64,000 bases of DNA from Terriglobus sp. Lineage in GTDB: Bacteria; Acidobacteriota; Terriglobia; Terriglobales; Acidobacteriaceae. This document shows positions 38,730 to 50,754 of the stretch, in pieces (position 1 is the stretch's first letter; every line of letters starts with the position of its first letter). Below the pieces are notes generated by a model, which made no database searches, was not told the DNA's origin, and saw only the letters and a program-made list of their open reading frames with translations. Location: NCBI GenBank assembly GCA_965277235.1, contig CBDICD010000002.1:75861-139860 (forward strand). The letters are read 5' to 3'. The translations under genes and the position numbers were made by a program.

Positions 38730-41700
38730 ATGCGAAAGCTGGTCGACTTCTTTCTCTCCAATCGATGGCTCGTCGTCGCGCTCCTGCTAGTGCTGGTAAT
38801 CGGCGGCATCACGGTGATGCTGCACCTGCCACTGGAGGCGTTTCCCGACCTTACGAACAACCAGGTCGTTGTTACTGTGCAGTGTCCGGGCATGTCGCCT
38901 GTGGAGGTGGAGCAGCTCGTCACCTACCCCATCGAGACCTCCATGATGGGCATGCCGAAGCTGCAGATGGTGCGTTCCACGTCCAAGCTCGATCTATCCA
39001 TGGTCACCGTCATCTTCGACGACTCCATGGACAAGTACCTTGTCCGGCAGCTCGTAGCGGAGCGCATCAACCAGGTACAAAGCCGAATTCCGGCAGGCTT
39101 GCAGCCGCAGATGAACCCGATGTCCACTGCCTTCGGCGAGGTGTACCAATACACGGTGTCCGCACCGAAGATGTCGCTCATGCAGGTCAAGACGCTACAC
39201 GACTGGGTCATTCGGTATGCGCTGCTCACCATTCCAGGCGTCAGCGAGATCAATTCCTGGGGCGGCGAGACCAAACAGTACACCGCTGAGGTGGACCCGG
39301 AAAACCTCCGTCGCTTCAACCTGACGCTGCACGATGTGGTCACGGCCGTGACAAACAACAACTCCAATTTCGGCGGCAGCTATATCGAGCACGCGGAGCA
39401 GCAGTACACGGTGCGCGGCCTGGGCCGCGCGGAGAACATCGACGACCTGGGCAACATCGTCGTCTCCACCACCAATGGCGTTCCCGTTCTGCTGAAGCAG
39501 GTTGCGACGATCGAGACCTCCGCTCTGCCCCGTCACGGAGCGGTGATGCGCAACGGCCAGGGTGAGACCGTCTCCGGCATGGTCATTATCCTGCGCGGGG
39601 AGAACGGGCAGAAGATCATCAAGGAAATCAAGGCAAAGATCGCCGGCCTGAAGCTGCCGAATGGCGCGAAGATCATTCCTTTCTACGACCAGTCCGATGT
39701 CATCAACGCGACGACTGCGACGGTTCGCCGCAACTTGATCGAAGCCGCCGTGCTTGTTGTCGTGATCCTGCTGGTCTTCCTTGGCGACTGGCGTGCGGCC
39801 CTTGTGGTAGGTGTCACCATTCCGCTCTCGCTGCTGTTCGGCTTCATCGGGATGGACCTGTTCGGCATCTCTGTAAACCTGATGAGCCTGGGCGCGATCG
39901 ACTTCGGTACGATCGTCGACGGCTCCGTTGTGATGACGGAAAACTGCATGCACCGGCTGGAGAACGGTGGCGCGGGCAAACCATTGATCGATGTCGTGCG
40001 CGAAGCGGCGCATGAGGTTTCGCGCCCAGTCATTTTTGGCGTTCTCATCATCATTGCTGTCTACCTGCCCGTGCTCACGCTGCAGAGCCTTGAGGGCCGC
40101 ATGTTCCGCCCCATGGCGGTCACTGTCGTATCGGCACTTGCGGGTTCGTTGCTGCTCGCACTGTTCGTTGTGCCGACACTCTGCACCGTCGCTCTACGGC
40201 ACAGGGCCAAGGTTCTCGCAGCGGAAGACCAGAAGAAAACCTCTCCCAGGTCCAACTGGTTCGACCGTTTGCGGGATGCGTATGGCCGCTCGCTCGGCAA
40301 GAGCGAGCGGCACCGCACACCGATCCTTGTAGTTTCCGTCGTGATGATCGTCGTGGCACTCGGCTCGTTGAAGTTCATCGGCACGGAGTTTATGCCGACG
40401 CTCGATGAAGGCTCCATGGTCGTCACCTCGAAACGCCTGCCCGGCATTGCGCTCACCGAATCGGTCGCTATCGGCAACCAGATAGAAAAAACCATCAAGG
40501 CAAAGGGCGATGTCACCAGCGTCGTGACCAAGCTGGGCCGGCCTGACCTTGCCACTGAAGCCATGGGCGAATACGAATCGGATTCCTACCTGAGCTTCAC
40601 ACCCAAACTGCAGAACGCGAACGCCAAGGTCAAGCAGCAGTTCACCGACGATCTGCAGAAGTCACTCGACAAGATACCGGGCGTGACCTACGAAATCACC
40701 CAACCCATGCAGATGCGCATGGACGAAACCATCACCGGCACGCGCGGCGACGTCGCCCTCAAGATCTTCGGCGAAGACCTCGACACGCTGGAGCAAATGG
40801 CACACAGCGCGGAGAAAATCATCTCGAATGTGCAAGGCGCGTCGGAAACACAGATGGAAATCATTTCCGGCGCACAGGAGCTGCAGGTCCGCATCAATCG
40901 CCGCGAAGCAGCCCGCTACGGCGTGAACGTCTCCGATATTCAGGAAGTCATTGAGACGCTTTACGGCTCAAAACAACTCTCAGAAATGTTGCTGGGCGAG
41001 GAACGCTTTCCCATCGCGATCCGCCTTCCCGCAGACATCCGCAACGACCCCGAACGCCTTCGTTCTCTGCAAATCAAGACACCGCAGGGTGAGTTGGTTC
41101 GGCTCGATCAAGTGGCCGAGATTAAGACCGTCGGCGGTCCCATCCTGATCAATCGCGAGCAGGCACACCGGCGCGCCGTGGTGATGAGCAACGTAAGCGG
41201 ACGTGACCTTGGCAGCTTCGTCAAGGACTGCAAAGCCGCCGTTGCTTCAAAGATGCTGCTTCCGCCTGGCTATCGACTGGAGTGGGGCGGTCAGTACGAA
41301 AATCAGCAACGCGCGCAGCAGCGGCTTTTGATCGTGTTTCCTGTCTCTCTACTCATCATCTCCGCGCTGCTGTATGCGACGTTCCAAAATGCCAGGCAAA
41401 TGTTCCTCATCCTCTCCATCGTTCCACTCGCCCTGGTGGGTGGCGTTGCCGCGCTATGGCTGCGAGGGATCAACCTCAACCTCTCCGCATGCGTTGGTTT
41501 CATCGCCCTGTTCGGAATCGCCGTTCTGAACGGTGTGGTGATGGTGAGCCACATCAATTCCCTTCGAAAAGAGGGCAAGGAGGTGGAGGAAGCCGTCCAT
41601 CAAGGTGCCTCGGACCGCCTGCGGCCGGTGCTCATCACGGCTCTTGTCGCGAGTCTCGGCTTCATTCCAATGGCAATCTCCACATCGCGCGGAGCCGAAG

Positions 41701-41819
41701 TGGAAAGGCCGCTGGCGACGGTCGTCATCGGAGGCCTGATCACGGCAACCATCCTTACCCTTTACGTTTTGCCGCTTATGTATCCCTGGTTCAGTAAAGA
41801 CGTTGAAGCGAGCCAGTGA
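38730..41819 (+). CDS. czcA: Heavy-metal efflux RND permease (CzcA/CusA family)
   Basis: 1029 aa with AFPDLT, NLMSLGAIDFGTIVDGSVVMTEN (DFG-DG-EN signature) and RLRPVLITALVASLGFIPMA. Confidence 0.93.
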   Translation: MRKLVDFFLSNRWLVVALLLVLVIGGITVMLHLPLEAFPDLTNNQVVVTVQCPGMSPVEVEQLVTYPIETSMMGMPKLQMVRSTSKLDLSMVTVIFDDSMDKYLVRQLVAERINQVQSRIPAGLQPQMNPMSTAFGEVYQYTVSAPKMSLMQVKTLHDWVIRYALLTIPGVSEINSWGGETKQYTAEVDPENLRRFNLTLHDVVTAVTNNNSNFGGSYIEHAEQQYTVRGLGRAENIDDLGNIVVSTTNGVPVLLKQVATIETSALPRHGAVMRNGQGETVSGMVIILRGENGQKIIKEIKAKIAGLKLPNGAKIIPFYDQSDVINATTATVRRNLIEAAVLVVVILLVFLGDWRAALVVGVTIPLSLLFGFIGMDLFGISVNLMSLGAIDFGTIVDGSVVMTENCMHRLENGGAGKPLIDVVREAAHEVSRPVIFGVLIIIAVYLPVLTLQSLEGRMFRPMAVTVVSALAGSLLLALFVVPTLCTVALRHRAKVLAAEDQKKTSPRSNWFDRLRDAYGRSLGKSERHRTPILVVSVVMIVVALGSLKFIGTEFMPTLDEGSMVVTSKRLPGIALTESVAIGNQIEKTIKAKGDVTSVVTKLGRPDLATEAMGEYESDSYLSFTPKLQNANAKVKQQFTDDLQKSLDKIPGVTYEITQPMQMRMDETITGTRGDVALKIFGEDLDTLEQMAHSAEKIISNVQGASETQMEIISGAQELQVRINRREAARYGVNVSDIQEVIETLYGSKQLSEMLLGEERFPIAIRLPADIRNDPERLRSLQIKTPQGELVRLDQVAEIKTVGGPILINREQAHRRAVVMSNVSGRDLGSFVKDCKAAVASKMLLPPGYRLEWGGQYENQQRAQQRLLIVFPVSLLIISALLYATFQNARQMFLILSIVPLALVGGVAALWLRGINLNLSACVGFIALFGIAVLNGVVMVSHINSLRKEGKEVEEAVHQGASDRLRPVLITALVASLGFIPMAISTSRGAEVERPLATVVIGGLITATILTLYVLPLMYPWFSKDVEASQ

Positions 41820-41889
41820 TTACCAGGAACGTTTGGCTTCTGGCGCATATCACTCGTCTGCGTCTCCGATTTAACGACGGTCCACACCA

Positions 41890-42792
41890 ATGAGGCTTCT
41901 CGGCGAAAGGTTAAGTATGTCCGTTTTCAGGTCTACAAACTCACACTCATTCGTAAGTCCACGCGCTTTGCTCCTGCTGGGAGTGGTTGCTACACCGTTC
42001 GTTGCGGCTGCGCAGACAGTTAAACCGTTCAGTGCAAGCTCCTCAGTAGATGTGGCCATGCCAGATGCGCCACTTCCACAAGCTGTAGGTGCACAACCTA
42101 CAGCAGCAAGCAACAGGTCCGAGCCGGTCGAGCAGCCGTCACTTCTTGGAACTCCGAAAAGGATTGTCGTGGATGAGCTTCACATCATCACCTCACCGGC
42201 TCGGCTCCGATCCCGCGATCTCATCTGGCTGGTGCCTGTCGTGGGTGCAACTGCTGCAAGCCTGGCCACAGATACCAAGACCATGCGCGATGTCGTCAGC
42301 CGCGATGCAGGCTTCAATTCCTCTGCAAGCACAACCTCCGATGTGCTCCGTGGAGTGTTCATCGGTGGGCCGGTGGCCCTCTTCGGTACTGGCGAACTGA
42401 TTGGCAATGCAAAGGCGAGGAAAGCCGGTCTCCTTGCAGGAGAAGCCATGGTGAATGGCTACGCCACAGGTGAAGGCATCAAATATATCACACTTCGGGA
42501 GCGGCCGAACCAGCAGAACGCACGTGGGCACTTCTTCCAGGGTGACGCAGTATCGGACCCATCTTTCGTCTCCGGTCACGCGATCGTTGCGTGGTCCTCC
42601 GCAGCTGTGCTTGCCAGCGAATATTCCAAGCCGTGGCAGCAGATCGGCATTTACACGCTCGCAAGTGGCGTGAGTTTCACCCGTGTGTTGGGGCAAAACC
42701 ACTTTCCTACCGATGCCCTGCTGGGCTCAGTCTCTGGATGGCTAATCGGAAGGTATGTCTACCACTCGCATCACGCTCGTTTAGAGCGCTAA
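41890..42792 (+). CDS. PAP2-superfamily phosphatase
   Basis: KYITLRERP, PSFVSGH and TRVLGQNHFPTD motifs. Start uncertain. Confidence 0.85.
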   Translation: MRLLGERLSMSVFRSTNSHSFVSPRALLLLGVVATPFVAAAQTVKPFSASSSVDVAMPDAPLPQAVGAQPTAASNRSEPVEQPSLLGTPKRIVVDELHIITSPARLRSRDLIWLVPVVGATAASLATDTKTMRDVVSRDAGFNSSASTTSDVLRGVFIGGPVALFGTGELIGNAKARKAGLLAGEAMVNGYATGEGIKYITLRERPNQQNARGHFFQGDAVSDPSFVSGHAIVAWSSAAVLASEYSKPWQQIGIYTLASGVSFTRVLGQNHFPTDALLGSVSGWLIGRYVYHSHHARLER

Positions 42793-43197
42793 ACAGCAGC
42801 GCGATACCACTCATAAATGGAATGTCCAGGGCCCATTAGCCTTCATTCTGTAGATCTGCTCGCGAGAGACTGGCTGACGTAACACTCTCCTCCGCAAGCT
42901 GTGATACCCACAGCACGAGCACGGCACGGCGCACCGCTCCTTCGCCTCACCCAAGCGCACCTCAGCCATAGTTGTCGAAATAGACAAACAGGGAGGCTAG
43001 GCCCTCTGCAAACTCATCGACCTGCAAGGGTTCTTACCGACTCGCAACATCGGGCCGCCAGCGCCTTGTACCTACGCCCGCTGGTCTCCCGAGGGCTCCA
43101 CTATGTGCTTCATCGCGACCGTTGGCGGCAGGCAGCTGCTCTCCAGGGTCTGTGTACTCCGGCAATCGAAAGGTGGGGCTTCGCATCAACCCGCGCT

Positions 43198-43767
43198 TCA
43201 CGGAACATTCCAGGACCGGACGAGTTCCCCGTCTTTGCCGTCGAGCGGGTCACATGCCGGGAAAGGAAGCTGCCGCATTCGCTCGATTCCCGCTACGTCT
43301 GGAGCAGAACGGCAGATGTCCCAGTGCTGGTCGACGGGGTACGCACCCACCACGAGAAAACCGGGTTCTGCATGCACAAGAAAGTGACCTGTACCAACAG
43401 GCAGAACCAGCACGTCACCTGCCTCAACGGTCGTCACATGGCCGTTCTGCCCACCCAGCATCAGTTGCGCACTTCCGCCTGCAACTCCAAGAACTTCATG
43501 CGCTGTGGAATGGTAGTGGTGGAAGGTGTAAACGCCGTTTCTCCATTGCGCTGGCCAGAGATTCCTTGCAAGCACCGCTTCCATCTGGTCTGCCATCGCT
43601 GTTCCGTTGAAGGCACGGCGATACAGCAGGACCGGCAATCGGTCGTTGTTCGGCATCCAGCCATTCCGTGAGAGCTGGATCTTCTCGATTACCGTCTTCC
43701 GCCCCGCCCAGACCTCTGCGGGTAAACCAAACGCGGCCATCCCAACACCAAACTGCCTTCGATTCAT
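43198..43767 (-). CDS. Cupin-domain protein (YjlB-like)
   Basis: PNN..LPVLLYR, FHHYHSTAHEVLG, GDVLVLPVGTGH and VVGAYP motifs. MNRRQF N-terminus. Confidence 0.88.
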   Translation of the reverse strand: MNRRQFGVGMAAFGLPAEVWAGRKTVIEKIQLSRNGWMPNNDRLPVLLYRRAFNGTAMADQMEAVLARNLWPAQWRNGVYTFHHYHSTAHEVLGVAGGSAQLMLGGQNGHVTTVEAGDVLVLPVGTGHFLVHAEPGFLVVGAYPVDQHWDICRSAPDVAGIERMRQLPFPACDPLDGKDGELVRSWNVP

Positions 43768-44251
43768 CTCTGCGCCTCTGCGATGAGATGCCGGCGCGCT
43801 TTCCGAGCGCAGCTGCCGGAGTTCCTCCCCGAACTTGTTCCGATCACGATAGATCAGGTCGTGTTGTGGTCTGGCCTGGTCGAGAGTGCGTCTGGCAGTT
43901 CACTCATCTGTCGTCCACGGCACAGAAGGGCGATCGGATTAGTACTTGGAGCCTCCTTCGCCGTAGTCCTGCCGGGCAATGTCGCGCAAGCACCATCAAA
44001 GCGCGTTTGGTCTGAACACGGATGCGAGGCGGCTGTTGCGTCTGCTTGGACAGCCTCCGCTTGTCGCATGGGCGCTCTGGTCGACAGGAACCCTGGACAT
44101 GCCCATCGAGCGTCGCCATGGATCTCTACGCCGATAGGGGCTTCGTGGCAGGCGATGCGGGCGAAGGTGCACCGTGGTGGCCCTGGCGATCTCTTCCGGC
44201 ATCCTACAACGCTGCGGCGAAACTTCATGCACCGCAAGCTCTGGAGACGCT

Positions 44252-44716
44252 ATGAAGCAGGACGGTCGACGCAGATTCGTAAAACAACTTAGCGCAGCAG
44301 CGATGCTTCCTGCTTTGACCAGCAGCCTTGCTGACGCCCAAGATGCTGCGTCCGATGGTGGCGTCGGACCCGACACCGTCTACGAGTTACGCATCTACCA
44401 CCTGCAACCGGGAACACAGCCGAAGATTCTGGACCGCTTCCGCACCAGGGAAACAGCAATCTTCAAGCGAATGGGCATGCAGCCGGTCGCCTACTGGGTT
44501 GCCACAGAAGGTCCGGCTCTTACCCAAGGAGGCGGTGGAACCCTCATCTACATCCTGAGACACCGTAGCCGCGAGCAAGCTACAGCAAGCTGGGCAAAGT
44601 TTGGGGCCGATCCCGAATGGGTTGCCTTGAAAGCCACGACCGAGAAGGACGGCCCCTTTGTCGCAAATCAGGAACATACCTTCATGAAGCTCACGGACTT
44701 TTCTCCCATTGTCTAA
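44252..44716 (+). CDS. NIPSNAP family protein with Tat-type signal
   Basis: GRRRFVK signal. VYELRIYHL.PG, LIYILRH.SRE.A..SW..F..DPEW and TDFSP motifs. Confidence 0.88.
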   Translation: MKQDGRRRFVKQLSAAAMLPALTSSLADAQDAASDGGVGPDTVYELRIYHLQPGTQPKILDRFRTRETAIFKRMGMQPVAYWVATEGPALTQGGGGTLIYILRHRSREQATASWAKFGADPEWVALKATTEKDGPFVANQEHTFMKLTDFSPIV

Positions 44717-44813
44717 GAAGTCTGGCGGCTAACAAACGAGTGAGGATCCAGTCGTGTGGCTGCGCGTCAAAGGTCAAAGCTCCGCGGAAGCATTGCAGCA
44801 CGAACTACTGCTG

Positions 44814-47048
44814 CTACGGCCGTATTGCGATCGTTTTGGTCAATCGGACGTCATCCGAAGCGGCGGCGATGCGCAGGTCTACAGTGTCCTGTTCCAGGGT
44901 CCATTGCCCTGCACCGGTGTTCCAGTAACGAAGGTCGTCGGCGCGCAGCGGCAGGGTCACAGGCACAGTCTGGCCGGCAGCGATATGTGTTCGCTCAAAG
45001 CCCTTGAGCTCCTGCAGCGGGCGGGCGACAGTAGACCCACGATGCGCCACATAAAGCTGAACGACGACGTCGCCATCACGATGGCCGGTATTGGTGACAT
45101 CGACGGTTGCGGTAAGCTCGCCGCCGGCGTGCAGCGTGTCGCGACTGACGCGCAGGTGATCGTAGCGAAATGATGTATAGCTGAGCCCATATCCGAAGGC
45201 GTAAAGCGGTTTGTCCTTGAAGTACATGTAGGTACGGCCGTCGCGGATGTTGTAGTCCATCATCGGGGGCAACTGATTCACCGACATTGGCCATGTGGTG
45301 ACGAGGTGGCCGCCTGGGTTGTAGTCGCCGAACAAGACTTTGGCGATGGCGGTGCCTTCGTCCTGCGAAGCGTGCGCCATATGCAGGATCGCGGGCACAT
45401 GCTGCTGGCTCCAGTTGATCGTGTACGGAAAGCTCGAGACGAGCACGACGATCGTCTTCGGATTGACGGCGTACACCTGCTTGACGAGTTGCTCCTGCTC
45501 CAGCGTGAGCGACTCGCGATCGCGGCCTTCGCGGCCATCGCTGGGAACTGTACACGCAAGCGTGCCGCCGCCGTCAACGGTGTCATGCCAGTCTCTGGCC
45601 ATGTCCGGGCCGCAGGTTGGGTCGTTGCCGACCACGACCACGGCGACATCGGAGGAGCGGGCCGCGTTGATGGCAGCCTGGCCAAGCTCACTGGCGGCGT
45701 AGTTAACCTTCACCTGTGGCCCGACCGCGGCCTTGATGCCTTCCAGCGGCGTTACGGCATGGGGAGGGTAGCCTCCATACCAGTCCCAATGGACGGTGTC
45801 GGCCAGCGGTCCTATGACCGCGATCGACTTCAGGGCCGATTTATCGAGCGGAAGAGCGTTCTTTTCGTTCTTCAGCAGTACCACAGATTCCAGCGCCATC
45901 CTCTCGGAGACGGCACGGTCCTTCTCGCTGCTCCACGGTTCCGGTGCCTGCGCGGCTAATGGTGATGCCGATGCCGGGTCGAGCAGGCCAAGCCTGAGTG
46001 AGATGACGAACTTGCGGCGCAACAGACCGTCGATCTCCGTTTCGGTGACCAATCCCTGTTGGACCGCGGCACGCGTCTCGTCCTTATAGGTATCAAGAAA
46101 CTGGTTGATGCCCGCGTGCAGGCAGGCAATGACGGCGGATTGCTGATCAGGAAAACGTTTGTGATCGGTCCAGAGCAGCTTGACGGCACCGCCATCGCTG
46201 GAAAGCACGTCGACACCCCACCTATCCGTGACGATGCTCTTCAGGATGGGGTTGACGGCCATGGGCGTGCCGTTCCAGGCGTTATAGCTGGCCATCACAC
46301 CCCTTGCGCCACCCTGTAGAAAGCCCATGCGGAAAGGCACGGAGTAGTACTCCCAGAACAGGCGGTCGTCGAAGACTGAGTCGGAGCTGGTGCGATGATC
46401 TTCGTTGCTGTTCGCGAGAAAGTGCTTGAGCAGTGCTGCCGCTTGCCAGTGGGTGGGGTCGTCACCCTGCAGACCACGGACAAAGTTCACGACCATGGTG
46501 CCGTTGAAGAAGGGGTCTTCCCCGTACACTTCTTCGCTGCGTCCCCAGCGCGGGTCGCGCGCGAGATCGGCCTGAGGGCCCCACAGCATCAGAATCGATC
46601 GGTTGTACGCCGGAGTCTCCGAGATGTAGCGCGCCTCTGCGCCTTCCACAGCGCCGGCCTGCCGCACCAGAGCCGGGTCCCAGCTCTCTCCCATGCCTGG
46701 TGGCTGCGGAAACTGAGTGGTTCTGATGGCGGATCGCGGCTTGTTGTCGTTCTCGCTTTCACGCTGTACGACGCCGTGGATCCCTTCGGAACTGCCGAAG
46801 CTCCTGACGCCTAGCCGTGGAATCGCGGTGTCCGTACCGAGACAGTCAATCTTCTCCTGCAGGGTCATGCGGGAGAGGAGGTCGTCGATACGCGTCTGCG
46901 GCGGCAATTTGGGATTACGGAACGGCAGAGTTCCCTCGCAGAATGCCTGGGACACGACGAAGAGAAGACTGACTGCCAGGCATCGAGAGATGGAGCGCAG
47001 GCAAAGCCGGAACACCGCTGCAGGCGGAGCAAAGATTCGACGGATCAT
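44814..47048 (-). CDS. Glycoside hydrolase family 3 (beta-glucosidase/xylosidase) with Fn3-like C-terminus
   Basis: RDPRWGR.EE.YGEDP, KHF, MASYN, SDGGA, VLLKN, FGYGLSYT.F and ELKGFER motifs. Confidence 0.94.
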   Translation of the reverse strand: MIRRIFAPPAAVFRLCLRSISRCLAVSLLFVVSQAFCEGTLPFRNPKLPPQTRIDDLLSRMTLQEKIDCLGTDTAIPRLGVRSFGSSEGIHGVVQRESENDNKPRSAIRTTQFPQPPGMGESWDPALVRQAGAVEGAEARYISETPAYNRSILMLWGPQADLARDPRWGRSEEVYGEDPFFNGTMVVNFVRGLQGDDPTHWQAAALLKHFLANSNEDHRTSSDSVFDDRLFWEYYSVPFRMGFLQGGARGVMASYNAWNGTPMAVNPILKSIVTDRWGVDVLSSDGGAVKLLWTDHKRFPDQQSAVIACLHAGINQFLDTYKDETRAAVQQGLVTETEIDGLLRRKFVISLRLGLLDPASASPLAAQAPEPWSSEKDRAVSERMALESVVLLKNEKNALPLDKSALKSIAVIGPLADTVHWDWYGGYPPHAVTPLEGIKAAVGPQVKVNYAASELGQAAINAARSSDVAVVVVGNDPTCGPDMARDWHDTVDGGGTLACTVPSDGREGRDRESLTLEQEQLVKQVYAVNPKTIVVLVSSFPYTINWSQQHVPAILHMAHASQDEGTAIAKVLFGDYNPGGHLVTTWPMSVNQLPPMMDYNIRDGRTYMYFKDKPLYAFGYGLSYTSFRYDHLRVSRDTLHAGGELTATVDVTNTGHRDGDVVVQLYVAHRGSTVARPLQELKGFERTHIAAGQTVPVTLPLRADDLRYWNTGAGQWTLEQDTVDLRIAAASDDVRLTKTIAIRP

Positions 47049-47259
47049 GCTGGAACAGATCTCCCGAGTGAAGGACGCTTGTGTCCTCCTGAAAGACGAG
47101 GTTTGCTTCGCAGAATGTTTATAGGGCCACCCCTTGGCCCAAAAAGCGGCGAAGTACGAACAGGATCTGAGAGCAGCACAAGGAACGCATTCCGCTTAGA
47201 AGGGCTTGTCCCAGCTCGGCTCTGCTCTAGTGAGGAACGGACATCACCTGCCCACTTTT

Positions 47260-47630
47260 ACACTTCCTTGCCTGATCGTGACTGCAGGATGGATACCTGC
47301 TCAGGCGCCGTCCAATCCACCGTTGCCCACATTGACCGAACCGGGGTTCACCTGCGCTCATCGTCGAAGGCAAGCCTTTCCTGATGTTTGGTGCGCAGGT
47401 AAACAATTCCTCCGCGTGGCAACCCTGCCTGACGTGTGACCGGTTCTGGACAAGCTCGGTGCCAACACCGTTAAAGCACCCGTGTATTGAGAGATGCTGG
47501 AACCGCGCGAGCATACGTTCGACTTCGCCCAGCTGGATGCAATCGGGAAGGGTGCAAGCGTGTGCTGCTGCTGTGATTCGGCATATGAAAAAAACGGCAG
47601 CCCGGGGTATGCACCGGCATGGGTTTAAAC
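47260..47630 (+). pseudogene. Decayed 5' part of a GH35-like / DUF5597 beta-galactosidase
   Basis: Read across frames: LIVEGKPFLMFGAQVNNSSAW / GANTVKAPVY*EMLEPREHTFDF / LLL*FGI*K / NGSPGYAPAWV*. Confidence 0.7.
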
Positions 47631-47793
47631 GCGGTCGGAAATGATTTCCGCTCGCGGTAGAGACCAAGGGTGTGCCCCTGTGTCTGCCCAATTCTAGGGG
47701 TGCATTTTGACATAAGCAAGAAAGCCCACGTCCCTTAATGCGGATTCTCTATAGTTGCGCGAGCGAGTCGCTTACCAAGCATGTTGGAACCTC

Positions 47794-48624
47794 TTACTGC
47801 TTAGGCTTGAGCTCCCCAAACCAATAGGCCGCAGTCACGCCGCCATCCATCAGAAAATCGCTTCCCGTGATGAAAGCACCCTCCGGTCCCATAAGCAGCG
47901 CTCCCACCGTGCCAACCTCGTCTGGCGTTCCGGCGCGTCCAGCCGCACATTTCTCGATCATGTTGCGGTATCCCGGACCACGGGGCCCCTGTAGCTCATC
48001 ATTGGCAAGCGGAGTGATGATGATGCCCGGGCTGATGGTGTTCAAACGAGCGCCACGCTTGCCCCAGCGAACGGCTTCCGCCATGACCCGCAAAGAATTG
48101 CCGCGCTTCGCGATCTGATAGGCGTGCAACGAATCCTTTACCTGGTCAGGTTGCACCATGGGCAGCTTCAGCAGTTCATCGACCGGTGTTGTCGCCAACG
48201 CTTCATTCTGTATGGCGGTGAGCGCTGGAAGTCGGTGGCCCGACTGCGAAGCGATGACGACGCCCGAGCCACCCGATGCAATCACTTTCCCAAATTCTTC
48301 TAGAACAAGCGCGGTCCCGTACAGATCAACGTGAAGGATAGCTTCTGGAGGGGCCTGCGTCGGTGAGACGCCAGCGACATGAATTAGGCCGTACACCTCG
48401 CCTAGACCCGTAGCCGTCTTCACAAGCGCTTCGACCGACTCGCGCGAAGAAACATCGACCCTGGTGGTAGAGACCTCGAATCCGGCATTCGTCAGAATCT
48501 TCGCCGCTGCTTCGGCATTGTCGTTCTTGATATCTGACAGGAGGACGTGCTTGCCTGCACTGACACGACGTGCGATTGCTTGCCCAATAGACCCGGCTCC
48601 GACAACGACGATTACTTGCTTCAT
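47794..48624 (-). CDS. SDR family oxidoreductase (may be translated from 48705 with a cupin-derived leader)
   Basis: VIVVVGAGSIG, AGVSP, YQIAK, ISPGIIITPL and FITGSDFLMDGG motifs. Confidence 0.92.
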   Translation of the reverse strand: MKQVIVVVGAGSIGQAIARRVSAGKHVLLSDIKNDNAEAAAKILTNAGFEVSTTRVDVSSRESVEALVKTATGLGEVYGLIHVAGVSPTQAPPEAILHVDLYGTALVLEEFGKVIASGGSGVVIASQSGHRLPALTAIQNEALATTPVDELLKLPMVQPDQVKDSLHAYQIAKRGNSLRVMAEAVRWGKRGARLNTISPGIIITPLANDELQGPRGPGYRNMIEKCAAGRAGTPDEVGTVGALLMGPEGAFITGSDFLMDGGVTAAYWFGELKPKQ

Positions 48625-48705
48625 GGGTTGTGCGAGCACCCTTCTCGTAAACCAGTTTGCGTTCCCCCTACCCGAGGGTTGGGAACCATTCCGTTTGATG
48701 TCCAT
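48625..48705 (-). pseudogene. 5' stub of a cupin-domain gene fused in frame to the SDR
   Basis: RBS plus MDIKRNGSQPSGRGNANWFT, matching the recalled cupin N-terminus M.IKR.GSQPS.KG...WFTG.V. Confidence 0.6.
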
Positions 48706-48771
48706 GCCTTCCCTTTCTGGCGAGGCGAGGCAAGGCCGCTCCTTGCGTCCTCGCACGTTTCGATGGGATTC

Positions 48772-50662
<1,891 letters not shown>

Positions 50663-50754
50663 GAAGACCTCTGCGCTTTCAGTTCGGCCCTACGGGGGCA
50701 GGAGGGATCGTGACCGCCTGGAAAAATGCGGCCGTTGAGATGTACATATCGTTC

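Noticed and set aside
43770-44250. Several overlapping 70-170-aa ORFs between the cupin and NIPSNAP genes
   Set aside because: No motif, RBS or codon signal favours any frame.
47488-47588. TGA-as-Trp recoding or selenocysteine read-through
   Set aside because: TGA is an ordinary stop throughout the window, and the same segment has frameshifts and a TAA, so it is simply decayed.
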